The notes beneath the pieces were generated by a model. That model did no database searches. It saw nothing but the letters and a program-made list of their open reading frames with translations, and was not told the DNA's origin. From Octopus sinensis (lineage: Eukaryota): 64,000 nucleotides of DNA. A program made the translations under genes and the position numbers. How positions within the stretch are numbered: the first letter of the stretch is position 1; the number at the start of each line of letters is the position of its first letter. Shown here in pieces: positions 12,229 to 24,496 of the stretch. The stretch lies in contig NC_043002.1 in assembly GCF_006345805.1 (NCBI RefSeq), forward strand, positions 80,848,001 through 80,912,000. Direction: 5' to 3'.

Positions 12229-12559
12229 GAATATAAACATATAAATCTTGTGCGCGCGTGTTTGTGTGTCTACGAAGAAGAAACTAAACTCTCAAAGTAG
12301 TGAATACCCAACAAGAAGACAATAAGAAAAACGGAAGAAACAACAACGAAACGAAGAAGGAAAACTTTTAAATGTTCCTAAATTTGAATGTAACATTTCA
12401 TATACTTTAAATTATACTGTAGTAATGTAACGTCGATGTGTCTATTGATTTTCATATTCTTACAATTATATTTTATTATTGTTCACACTGATTTCTTCTA
12501 CTTTACGAAGAAGTATTGGATATATTTTTTAAAGACTAGGTTTTTTTTTAGTATTTCTT

Positions 12560-12793
12560 CAACATTTTTTTATCTTTCTTTCTGTCTTTGTCTCCTTCTT
12601 TCTTTCCTCTCTCTCATACCCCTCCTCTCTCTCTCTTTCTTTCTTCTTTCTCTCTCTCTTTCTCTCTTCTTTCTTTCTTTCTCTCTCTCTCCCTTTCTTT
12701 TTTCACTTATGAAAATCTGTTTTTGTTCTAAACTAATTTTTGTCTGTTTAGTTCAAAATTCTTATTGTTTACAAAGACACAATAATAAATGTA

Positions 12794-12857
<64 letters not shown>

Positions 12858-13898
12858 TGTGTGTGTGCGAGCGTGTGCGTGTATGTGTATGTGTGTGTAC
12901 GTACATATATATGTACATGCATATATATACGCGTATATATGTAAGCATATATGTGTCTGTGTGTATGTATATATATATATTACGCGCAGGCGTACACATA
13001 TGTGCATGTGTGCGTGATTGTGCGTTTGACTGTTCATGTAAATATATATGATTGCGCGTGAGTGTGTGTGCGTGTGTTCGCGCGCGAACGAGTGTGCGTG
13101 CTGATATGTATGTATGTGTGTATAGGTGAAGGATATAGGGCGTGGAAAATTCAGTTTCAATTATGCATGCCCTGAGGGTCCAACAGGGAAAGTATAAGCT
13201 CCATGGTGAGCTAGATTGATAACTAGCATCGCTGTGCAATATTGCCCATGCCCTCACCATCCTAGCTCTTATTTTTGCTCCCCAATTTATTTGCTTCTTC
13301 AAATTAGGGTTACAGCTTCCTGTTGTTTTATTACACATAGCTTATATTTTTTTCATTTTTGCGTAGTTTTTTTTTATTGTCTTCATTCATTTTGTTCTGA
13401 AACTATTTAATTTCTTTCTTCTATTGCTTATTCTTTTTCTTATTCTTTTTCCTCCTTCCCCTTTTTTCCTCTCCACCTCTTTCTATGTCGACTTTTCTTA
13501 ATCTTTTTCTATTTTCTTTTCTTCCCTGTCTTCTACTATTTCATTCTCAGCTCCCTTATCATCATCATCATCATTATTATCTTCTTCTTTGTCTTCTTTC
13601 GATAATCGTTTTCTTTTCCATTCGTCCCTTCTTCCTTTCCACTTCTTCATCTACTCGGTTTACCTATCCTTATTTACCTGTCCTTCTTATTTTTTCCTCA
13701 CCCGTCTTCTTTTTCTGGTTGTTGTTGTTGTTCTCCTTCTTCTTCTCCCTCTTCTTACTCTTATTATTATTATTGTTGTTATTATTATTATTATTATTAT
13801 TGGTACTGTTGTTGTTATTATTATTATTGTTATTATCATTATTGTTGTCGTTGTTGTTGTTGTTGTTGTTATTGTTGTTGTTGTTATTGTTGTTGTTG

Positions 13899-13956
<58 letters not shown>
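12560..13956. repeat. (CT)n, (TA)n/(TG)n and (TTA/TTG)n microsatellite tracts
   Basis: Seen directly; these explain the long low-complexity ORFs here. Confidence 0.9.
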
Positions 13957-13957
<1 letters not shown>

Positions 13958-14290
13958 TCGTCTTTCATTATGTTCTGAGTTCAAATTCTGCCGAGGTCGA
14001 CTTTGCCTTTTATCATTTTGTGCGTGAATAAATTAAGTACTAGTTGAGTATTGGGATCGATGTAATCGACATTATCCCTTTTCCCAACACTTCAGGTTTT
14101 GGGTCTATAGCAAAAAGGTTTATTATTAATGTTTTGCCCGTCTTTACGTTCTGAATTTGGATTCGGACCAGGTCAACTTTGCCTTTCATCCTTTCGGAGT
14201 CGATGAATTAAGTACCAGTAAAACACTGAGGTTGATGTAATCGACTAGTCCCTTTTTCGACAAAAAAATTCAAGACTTTGTGCTTAGAGT
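13957..14290 (+). mobile_element. Two headless SINE A copies in tandem
   Basis: ttctgagttcaaattctgccgaggtcgactttgcc near 13975 and a second body near 14150. Confidence 0.75.
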
Positions 14291-14292
14291 AG

Positions 14293-14355
<63 letters not shown>

Positions 14356-14418
14356 TGATGATGATGATGATGATGATTATTATTATTATTATTATTATAT
14401 TATTATTATTATTATTAT

Positions 14419-14477
<59 letters not shown>

Positions 14478-14479
14478 CG

Positions 14480-14670
14480 CAGCAGCAGTAGTACATGGAA
14501 CAAATAGAGGCTGCAATAAGAGTGGAGTACATGAGGAAACAGCACTGCTTGGAACCACTCGAATGCTCCGGATGGTGCTACAAAAATAAGGGGTGTTACC
14601 TTAGTTCACTTGTAGTGAACAACTGACACCATAGTACATCTCCAGCGTTACAAGTTCTGCAAAGACATTA
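14480..14670 (+). mobile_element. R4/Dong-clade LINE 3' end fragment
   Basis: EYMRKQHCLEPLECSG is a frameshifted version of the ..KTALLGTARILRKVL motif. A 3'UTR and (AAT)n follow. Confidence 0.6.
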
Positions 14671-14671
14671 A

Positions 14672-14720
<49 letters not shown>

Positions 14721-14729
14721 GTAGCAGTA

Positions 14730-14767
<38 letters not shown>

Positions 14768-14855
14768 CTGCCCTAGGTGTATGGAAAACATTCTGCCATA
14801 GGTGTATGGAAAACACTCGGCGAGAAACGGAAGAAAATTTGAAGAAAGAAGGAAA
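14768..14855 (+). mobile_element. Very short R4 3'UTR fragment with a ~25-nt internal duplication
   Basis: ctgccctaggtgtatggaaaaca occurs twice; it matches the 3'UTR at 17680-17730 and is embedded in (AAT)n. Confidence 0.6.
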
Positions 14856-14877
14856 AAACATAATAACAATAATAATA

Positions 14878-15431
14878 GCCCTGATGCAGTACCAGGCAGT
14901 GGCTCTCATGGCTTCTGATCTTAACTGATTGGAAGTGTTATGTATATTGTTTAGTCTTGGTATAAAAGATTGGCTACAGCAAATATTCTGCTCAATACCA
15001 CAGATTTGCTTGTCAGATGTTTGACCTTAACCAGTTGACCATGTCCCTTAGTGGCTGACGATATGTGCATCTCTAACCACGAGCAGAAGTAGTGGGGGGG
15101 GGCATCATAGCCATGTGTTGAAAGGAATTCGTGCAGGTTTGGATAATTCATCTTTGGAAATATGGATGGTTCGTTCAACATCCTTAAACAATCCTTATTC
15201 AGGCACCTTTTGAGCGGGATGGGCTACTCAACCAGAAGAAAATTCTAACTGGGTCCCACTTGCAAGATTATGCGCTGTTTGTCTTGATATGAGATCACCA
15301 TGTCGCGCACATATGGTTGTGATGAACGTGCCTGGTGTACCCTTATCAGACGGGTAGTCGTGATGGGTATACTGGGCTTCGTATATTTGTACCCCAGTGT
15401 TACTTTGATGGCCTGCACTGCTCTCTCACTC
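14878..15431 (+). mobile_element. Non-coding ~555-bp element 'E', copy 1
   Basis: gccctgatgcagtaccaggcagtgg...ctctctcactc, flanked by (AAT)n on both sides; homologous to copies at 15552, 19883 and 16541. Confidence 0.85.
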
Positions 15432-15432
15432 A

Positions 15433-15480
<48 letters not shown>

Positions 15481-15551
15481 GCCCTGATGCAGTACCATGC
15501 CCTGATGCAGTAAATGCCCTGATGCAGTACCTAAATGCCCTGATGCAGTAT

Positions 15552-16109
15552 AAATGCCCTGATGCAGTACCAGGCAGTGGCTCTCATGGCTTCTGATCTT
15601 AACTGATTGGAAGTGTTATCATGTACATTGTTTTGTCTTGGTATAAAAGATGGGCTACAGCAAATATTCTGCTCAATACCACAGATTTGCTTGTCAGTTG
15701 TTTGACCTTAACCAGTTGAGCATGTCCCTTAGTGGCTGACGATATGTGCATCTCTGATCACGAGCAGAAGTAGTGGGGGAGCATCATAGCCATGTGTTGA
15801 GAAGGATTCTTTGGGGTTTGAATAATTCACCTCTGGAAACATGGGTGTTTCGTTCAACGTCCTTAAACAACCCTTATTCAGGGACCATTTGAGCAGGATG
15901 GGTTACTCGATCTGAAGAAAATTCTAACTGGGCTCCACCTGCAAGGTCATGTGCTGTTTATCTTGATATGAGATCACCATGTCGCGCACATATGGTTGTG
16001 ATGCATGTGCCTGGTGTACCCTTATCAGACGGGTAGTCATGATGGGTATACTGGGCTTCGTATATTTTACCCCAGTGTCACTTTCATGGCATGCTCTGCT
16101 CGCTCACTC
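15552..16109 (+). mobile_element. Element E, copy 2, preceded by four extra copies of its 5' end
   Basis: Full colinear similarity to copy 1; (AAT)n tail. Confidence 0.85.
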
Positions 16110-16187
<78 letters not shown>

Positions 16188-16200
16188 GTAATAACAATAA

Positions 16201-16503
16201 GGCAGTGAGCTGCCAGAATCGTTAGCACGCTGGACGAAATGCTTAGCAGTATTTCGCCCATTCGCTATGTTCTGAGTTCAAATTCGGCCGAGGTCGACTT
16301 TCCCTTTTATTCTTTCGGGGTTGATAAATGAAGTACCTGGGTTGCTCTCGTTCATACTTTAGATTGAAATTTCTTAAATTTTGAATGTTTATCACTTTAT
16401 ACTTTGAACTCGTCTGTCGAAATATAGCTCAACCAATAAAATATCTTACAATCGAATCGCGCTCTTCGACGACCTTCCACCCACAAATTCCAGGTCTTCT
16501 GCC
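16201..16503 (+). mobile_element. SINE A interrupted by a 131-bp insert (16338-16468)
   Basis: The SINE body stops at aagtacc and its tail resumes at 16469. Confidence 0.7.
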
Positions 16504-16540
16504 AATAATAGAAATGATTATTATCATTATTACTATTAGT

Positions 16541-16745
16541 GACTGAGAGAGAGCAGTGCATGACAGCAAAGTGACACTGAAGTACGAACCCCAGCATGCT
16601 CATCATGACCACCCGCCTGATAAGATACACCAGACGCATGAATCACAACCATATCTGCGCAACAGAGTGATCTCATATGAAGATAAACAACGCATGACCT
16701 TGCAGGTGGGGCCCAGTTAGAATTTTCTTCAGGTCGAGTAGCCCA
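16541..16745 (-). mobile_element. Element E partial copy (the cactc end)
   Basis: Reverse complement of the last ~200 bp of E, next to an (ATT)n-type tract. Confidence 0.8.
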
Positions 16746-17167
16746 TGCTTAACTTTCACTTCTCAAAATGCATGAGGAGAAATGTGTTTTTGGGTTATTA
16801 GCATCACGCCCTGGAGGAATGAATAAAATAACGGGAGAATATCATAAAATTTTATACATAACGGTTTCATTAAATAGTCTTCTTTTTTCTTTTTCCTCTT
16901 TCTTTGTCTTTTCTTCTGTTTTCTTCTTTACGCCTGTTGTAAAATTGAAACTTAAAGACTGACGATATCATTCCATCAACGTGCGGACGTGGGTTGCTCT
17001 CGTTCATACTTTAGATTGAAATTTCTTAAATTTTGAATGTTTATCACTTTATACTTTGAACTCGTCTGTCGAAATATAGCTCAACCAATAAAATATCTTA
17101 CACTCGAATCGCGCTCTTCGTCTTGACTGTTTACCTTTGTGAAGAGTTACGTCAATCCTTTTAGAAT

Positions 17168-17265
<98 letters not shown>

Positions 17266-17269
17266 CTGT

Positions 17270-17745
17270 TAACCATAATACCGCGGCGAAAGAATTTGAT
17301 AAGCTCAGAAAATATAAAGATTAGGTACTCGAAATCGAAAAGATGTGGCATCTCAAGACGGCTAACCAATACCTGTGATTGTAGGAGCATTTGGAATGAT
17401 AAAAAAAGGAGCTGAAAGTTATTTAAGAATGATCCCTGGCTTACCATCCATTCAAGAGTAGAGCAAAATATTGTCTTAACTGATATGTCATACATACTGA
17501 GAAGAGCATTGTCGTTAATTTTCTTTCCCCTTTCCCCCTTATTTTCTTTGTTTACTTTTTATTTTATATTTTTATATTTTTTGTGTCTTTCTTCCCCTTT
17601 TTCTCTATCACGTGTCTTTGTTAAGGAACAATCTGGTGTGTTTATTTTAATGACCTACAAATGTATACAGTGCATTTCTCTGCCCTAGGTGTTCGGAAGA
17701 CACTCGGCAAGAAATGGAAACAGAATTTGAAGAAGAGGATAATGA
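17270..17745 (+). mobile_element. R4/Dong-clade LINE 3' fragment
   Basis: KLRKYKD*VLEIEKMWHLK..PVIVGAFGMIKKG..YILRRALS, then a 3'UTR. (AAT)n lies on both sides. Confidence 0.8.
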
Positions 17746-17789
17746 AAATAACAATAATAATAATAATAATTATTATTATTTTAATTTTT

Positions 17790-17986
17790 TGCCAGAAGGC
17801 CAGCTTGAAGGAAGTGGGAATGAGTCGATTACAGCGAGCCCAATGTTCAACTGGTACTTATTTTATCGACCCGAAAAGATGAAAGCAAAGTCGACCTCGG
17901 CGCAATTTGAACTCAGAACGTAAAGGCAGACGAAATGACGCTAAGCATTTCGCACGGGGTGCTAACGATTCTACCTGCTCACCACT
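17790..17986 (-). mobile_element. SINE family A
   Basis: Reverse complement of the family A body and head. Confidence 0.8.
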
Positions 17987-18013
17987 TTAATAATGATAAT
18001 AATAATAATAATA

Positions 18014-19704
18014 AATGGTATACACGGTATACATTAGAAGGGGAGTATATGTATTATACGAGTCTAGCAGAAGAGGGAAGAAAACTGTGATAGTGAAGGG
18101 ATCCCCCTCATACAGGATGGTCCCTAGGGATAATCGAAGAAACTCACTACCCAAGATCACCCTGAATACCAAGAAGAAGTACTCTCTACAACTCCTTTCT
18201 TTCCATTCACAGCTCTACATTGTAAGTGGTACGTACCATCAGCTCTTGCCATTTTCGTAAATTTCACCTGCCTTTTGATAAATTCTCTCGGGGACAGCAC
18301 CTCCCTCTCCATTCTGATTTTCCTTTCCAAGTGAAACTGAGATAAGTCGATGAAAGCTTTACCAAAGAGGAATGCGTCTACCCTCATTCCTTTCAGCCTC
18401 GTCCACCAAATAACGTCTTTCGCCAAAGCCACCAGACAAAGAAAAACTGCTTTGCCTGTCCCGTTAAAGGAAGGCGGCGGGCCACTCATCATTATGCACT
18501 CGGTTGACAGACGGATTCGTCCCACACACGACAGCAGCTGTTCATCATAACCCCACAAGTCAACAATCCCGTCTAACAGCACATCGGTGCCTCTAGTGTT
18601 TATCTCTAACCGGTAGTGCATCCCCCCTGTAGCACTGCCGGGCCAAAGACAGCTGGAAATCATCCCAAATAGTCCCCGACTGGAATGTCCTCCGGAATAG
18701 ACTTGCCAGTACGTCTTCGTCGACGCCGTTTCGTTTTCGTTGAACTTCCCCACTACTAATGTTCTGTATATAGCTAAAGTGGAACATCCACCGATTCTAT
18801 TACCCGACTTGTTGAGGAAAGTGAACGCCTGACAACATTCTAAGTGCCAGGTGCCCAGTCTCGGCCTATCCTTTACTGAGGATTGCAGCATCATCAAGGA
18901 GACGAGCTGCGGAAAGGCGCGTCTCACAAACGGAGCCCACACACGTTCACCTTCTAGAAATCATTGCAGAGGGCGCAACCTGAGTGCGTGTCTGGGTATC
19001 AAAAGCTATGGCAGGCCTAAGATTCCACACAGAGGGGTTTGGCAGCAGACTGACCAACTGACCATTGGAACGCGTCGCTTCCACAGGAAAATAAACATGA
19101 TACGCTCCAATCTAATCAAGCAGTAATGGGCAAGGCACGACGGTCAGACGATATGTGATAACAGAGGCGATGTAGGCATTCGCTACCTCTTCCCGACCAT
19201 TCAGGGACAACTTCCTGGCTGCCCATTTCTGGGTAAGACAGGCCGCCCTGCTCGTCACCTCTTCCCCATTCTTGGAGGTCGGAACCGAACCAGACCCCGA
19301 CCAGTTTAACTTGTCCGTCAGTCCAGCGTCCGACTGCATCGATCTGTCTCTCCAGGTGCCCAGTCGTAATCCCACCGATTTGTCGGCGTTTATTTTGGCC
19401 CCAACAACTGACTCATATTCCTTTACAATGGAGCTGACCATCTCTACTCCGGAAACGTCCGACACCATGACGGTGGCGTCGTCCGTGTACGCCGATAATG
19501 CCTTCCCGTGTCCAATTTCGAAAGAGATGCCACTTAACTATTCCAAATTCCGCAGCAATGGTTCGAGAGCTAGCACATACAGAAGAGGTGACAGCGGATA
19601 ACCTTGACGGACCGAACGTGCTATACTAAACAGCTGCGATAGGTGGCCATTTACTTTGACTACCGTGCAAATTCCGCCGCGCATTACAGCAATCCAGCCT
19701 CTGC
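18014..19704 (-). mobile_element. Tx1/L1-clade LINE, 5'-truncated and degenerate
   Basis: RT motifs RSVRQGYPLSPLLYVLALEPLL, AYTDDATV and VGAKINADKSVGLRLG. The 3'UTR abuts (TTA)n. Confidence 0.85.
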
Positions 19705-19710
19705 AATAAT

Positions 19711-19747
<37 letters not shown>

Positions 19748-19801
19748 CAACAAACACAGCAGCAGCAACAGCAACAGCAGCAGCAGCAGCAGCAGCCAAG
19801 C

Positions 19802-19839
<38 letters not shown>

Positions 19840-19882
19840 ACAACAACAATAATAATAATATAATAATAATAATAATAATAAT

Positions 19883-20422
19883 AAATGCCCTGATGCAGTA
19901 CCAGCAGTGGCTCTCATGGCTTCTGATCGAAACTGATTGGAAGTGTTATCATGTACATTGTTTGTCGTATAAAAGATGGGCTACAGCAAATATTCTGCTC
20001 AATACCACAGATTGCTTGTCAGTTGTTTGACCTTAACCAGTTGAGCATGTCCCTTAGTGGCTGACGATATGTGCATCTCTGATCACGAGCAGAAGTAGTG
20101 GAGGACTCATAGCCATGTGTTGAGAGGGATTCTTTGGGGTTTGAATAGTTCACCTCTGGAACATGGGTGGTTCTTTCAACATCCTTAAACAACCCTAACA
20201 GGGACCGTTGAGCGGGATGGGCACTCAATTGAAGAAAATTCTAACTGGGCCCCACCTGCAAGGTCATGTGCTGTTTATCTTGATATGAGATCACCATGTC
20301 GCGCAATATATGTTGTGATGCATGTGCCTGGTGTAAATTTATCAGACGGGTAGTCATGATGGGTATATTGGGCTCGTATATTTTCCCCAGTGTCAGTTTG
20401 ATGGATGCCTGCTCTCTCACTC
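19883..20422 (+). mobile_element. Element E, copy 3
   Basis: aaatgccctgatgcagtacc...ctctctcactc, with (AAT)n on both sides. Confidence 0.85.
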
Positions 20423-20439
20423 AATAATAATAATAATAA

Positions 20440-20485
<46 letters not shown>

Positions 20486-20510
20486 TAATAATAATAATAA
20501 TATAATAATA

Positions 20511-20580
<70 letters not shown>

Positions 20581-20581
<1 letters not shown>

Positions 20582-20750
20582 GTCGATGCAAAAGGTAACA
20601 GTAGTACCAATAATTGTTGCAGCCCTGGGAACAGTGAGCAAATGTCTCGAGAAGTACGTGAAAAAAATAGACTGCAATAAGGGTGGGGCACTTTCAGAAA
20701 ACAGCACTGCTTGGATCCGCTCGAATACTCCGGAAGGTGCTTGATGTTGT
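20581..20750 (+). mobile_element. R4/Dong-clade LINE 3' end fragment
   Basis: KVTVVPIIVAALGTVSKCLEKY...QKTALLGSARILRKVLD immediately after (AAT)n. Confidence 0.8.
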
Positions 20751-22469
20751 AAGCTACAGTAAGTTTAAGAAAAGCAGGTACTTCTTTATACATACTCAGA
20801 GAGAAGAAGGAATTTCTTATTGGTAGGTTTCCAGGTCCAGTGTCTATCAGCATAAACACGCACAATTCGCAATTTACCTTAATGTTAACGATGACCTGAG
20901 TTCCTGCAAATTCGATGATTGTTTATTGACTTTTGCTTGACTGTTACATGACCTAGTGGAATACAAATTGTTCTTTAACATTTAAAATCGAAGCCTGGTA
21001 GCAATAGAAACCAATATCCATCTCTACCTCTTGCACATTCGGCACGAATGAAAGAAAGCTACTTATCACAGCTGTGCAGAAATTAAATGCTACGCATGTA
21101 AAAGTTTCCGAGATAGTTGCCTTTTTACTTGGTTTCTTGAGTGGATCATTTTCGGATATTTCACTTGCTTCCCCACCGATAATTAAATCCTGGAAGACTA
21201 AAATATAGATCTTATAGATGTATTACTCACTCTCCATTTAAAATCGAAACCGAGAAACGGTTTTTAAAAACAACAGATTTTGAAAAAGTAGCTTTTCAAG
21301 TTATCCGCTTTACAAGGACCTCAAATAAAACTAATGTTGGCGTAAAAAAAAAATTCCAGCAAAGATGAATGGAATCGATTGTGAAGAATGGTGCGCTTTA
21401 CAGTATGGGTTTTGGATGTCTTGGAAATTACAAAGAGTATAACAACAGGGAGCTGGTGGGGGAAAATTTTACAGCAACTTATTAGAATATGGGTAGAATA
21501 TGGGTTGTCGCGTGTATTTAAAAGCGCATTGCTTGCATGCGCATATTATTTCTTCCGTGAAAACTATGACGCCAGTCCAGATCATGTTGAAAGTTTTACT
21601 AAGACATTGTAACATTAAAGAAAAGGCAACAAGGTCGATAGTATACTACTGTTATGGGAGACATGTTTTGTTTTTTTTACCAGGCCCTGGTAAAAAAAAA
21701 AAAAACAATTGTTCACAAATGAAAAGGGCGATAAGTAAAGCATTTTAATTTCTGACATGTTTCATAAGTTTGTCAAATATTTTATTTATTGAGTACTTTG
21801 ATTTGGATAATTTTGAGCAAAGAAAGCTCAGAACTTCGTGTTTGACAAGTATTTTACTTCGATTGATTTAGAATACTTTGAGCAAACTAAACATGAAATT
21901 GATGATTCTTCTCTCAGCATAGGAATAGAAGAGAAGCTAACGCCTATCCTGATCACTAAACAATAAAGACTAAAAATGAAAGTAAAATTATCTCCAAAAA
22001 TATCGTTTACATTTCCAAACTAGCACCGTTTTCATGCGTACAGGCATTACAAAAATCAGGATAATGAAAGAATGTATGATCTTGTGCACCCATAGACATT
22101 GAATAATATGCGAAGGGGACTGTCAATAATCATCCTCCTTTTATTAGTGGGTTATCAGTCTTATCTAAAAAGAATACCTTGGATAAGAAAACCCCTACAG
22201 TAACACATACCAGTACGTATAAAGACGTGATTTATTACAACGGAATACCCAGCAGCCCACCGTAATAAGAATCACAGAAATGTCATCTAGATTAAGCTTC
22301 TCTTTTCATTGAATTTTAATTTCAATTCTTCCAACAACATTTTTTAAAGATTTAATTGATTAAAATTTCCCTGCTAAACATAAATATAGAAACTTATTCA
22401 ATATGGATATTCTTGTATGAACTTAGTTTCCTCACAAGCACGAACTTTATAACTCATAAACCATTTTGG

Positions 22470-22615
22470 CTTTCTCTCTCTCTTTCTATCTATCTATCTC
22501 TGTCTTTCTTTCTGCCTGTCTGTCTGTCTCTCTATCATATATCTATCTCTCTCTCTCTCACTATCTCTCTATCTCTCTTTCTCTCTCTCTCTCACTCTCT
22601 CTCACTATCTCCCTA

Positions 22616-22668
<53 letters not shown>

Positions 22669-22669
22669 C

Positions 22670-22712
<43 letters not shown>

Positions 22713-23090
22713 TAAATGTACCTAGCTATTTAATGCAGTATACAAGACTCCGTCCTTTCTCACCAACCTTCTATCTGTCCATTCTTTTTCTTTTGACATC
22801 TGTTCACAACTATCAACACATCTCCTAAACTATATACCTGAATACCTACATAAATAACAAATTAGCTAAATGACAAAATAGCTGACAAAAAGAAACTTAT
22901 AAACTGTACCACACTTGATCTATATATTGGTCTGTCTGGACTTCTTCCGATATATTTGGCTAATTAGACATCCAACTACGTTAGTTATTTCACACTCTCT
23001 ATCTTAGTGTCTCTCTATCTTTCCCATGTATTCTCTCATTCTCTCTCTCTCCCCTCTCTCTCCTCTTCACCGCTCACCTATTCATACATT

Positions 23091-23134
<44 letters not shown>

Positions 23135-23269
23135 CATATATCCATACATACATATATATATTATATATATATATATACATATATATATATGTGTATATTT
23201 ATACATATATACATATATACACATACATATATATATATACCTATATATACATACATATATACATACATA

Positions 23270-23325
<56 letters not shown>

Positions 23326-23340
23326 CATATATATATAGTA
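22470..23340. repeat. (CT)n and (TA)n microsatellites
   Basis: Seen directly. Confidence 0.9.
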
Positions 23341-24071
23341 TTAGCTGTTGACTTGTATCCCTCTCACAACGTGTATATTCGATATATTTATCCATATCTG
23401 TCTATGTTTCCCTATCTTTTCTCTAGAAACATCGCTTTTCTCTCTTTTTCTCTCAATATCTTCCCATCTCTCTTTGTACGCTTGCATCTGTCTGTGTGTC
23501 AACAACATATATTTTAAAATAATTACGTTCACAGCCAGACTTGTTCATTACTAAAATTACCGAATTCAATTGAATAAAAACTTACTCAAGAATTTTCCCA
23601 ACACACCTTTAGATTTACCTGAATTTAATTAACCCGCCAGAATTGTCAATATTACTCACATACAGTCGGGTGTTAACTTGTTCTGTATTACTTATTCCTC
23701 GTAAACATTACTTTAACATGAAACTTTGAGTAATTTTATTTTTCCGTGTGGTTTTCCTCTGTTAATTTTTTTTTTCTTTTCTATTTTACTTTTTAGCAAA
23801 TTTTACAATTCTCCTTTTACTGAATTATTTTTGTAATTTTTAACTTCCAGTTTCTTTTCTAATAATATGTGATCAGATGTCAGGTGTTTACTGTCATGTG
23901 CATATGTTTATCAACCCTTCCTCTGTTCTGTTTCTTCTCTTTCCCGCTCTCTCCCTTGCTTTATAAGTTTATTTACACACACTCACACATACACATATGT
24001 ATATATATATATATGCATGTATGTATGTACGTATGTGTGGGATTATGTATATAAATATATATGTAAAACAA

Positions 24072-24376
24072 ATATATATATAGAACTGAGAATGTGTGCC
24101 ACTCTATCTGTCCATCTGTCTGTCTGTCTGTCTGTCTGTTTGCATCACCAAAACTCGAGAACTACCCAACCGATTTCGTTCACGTTTTACACATGTATTA
24201 CTTTGAGCCCGTGGGGTGTTTTGTGCCAGAATATTTTGAACTTTCTGCTTAATGCGAGCCCGGAGCAATCTATTAGTCTGTTTCAGCACTACGTGTCAAA
24301 AGTGAAACAATAACACCTTTATTGTAATGTGATATAGTTTCACTTTTAATAGTTTCATTTCTGTTAGTTTCACTAT

Positions 24377-24409
<33 letters not shown>

Positions 24410-24442
24410 CAAGTTTGTATATATGTGTAAATATATGTGTAC

Positions 24443-24496
<54 letters not shown>

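Noticed and set aside
22108-22203. 31-aa ORF MRRGLSIIILLLLVG... resembling a signal peptide
   Set aside because: Very short, with no splice or promoter support; expected by chance in AT-rich DNA.
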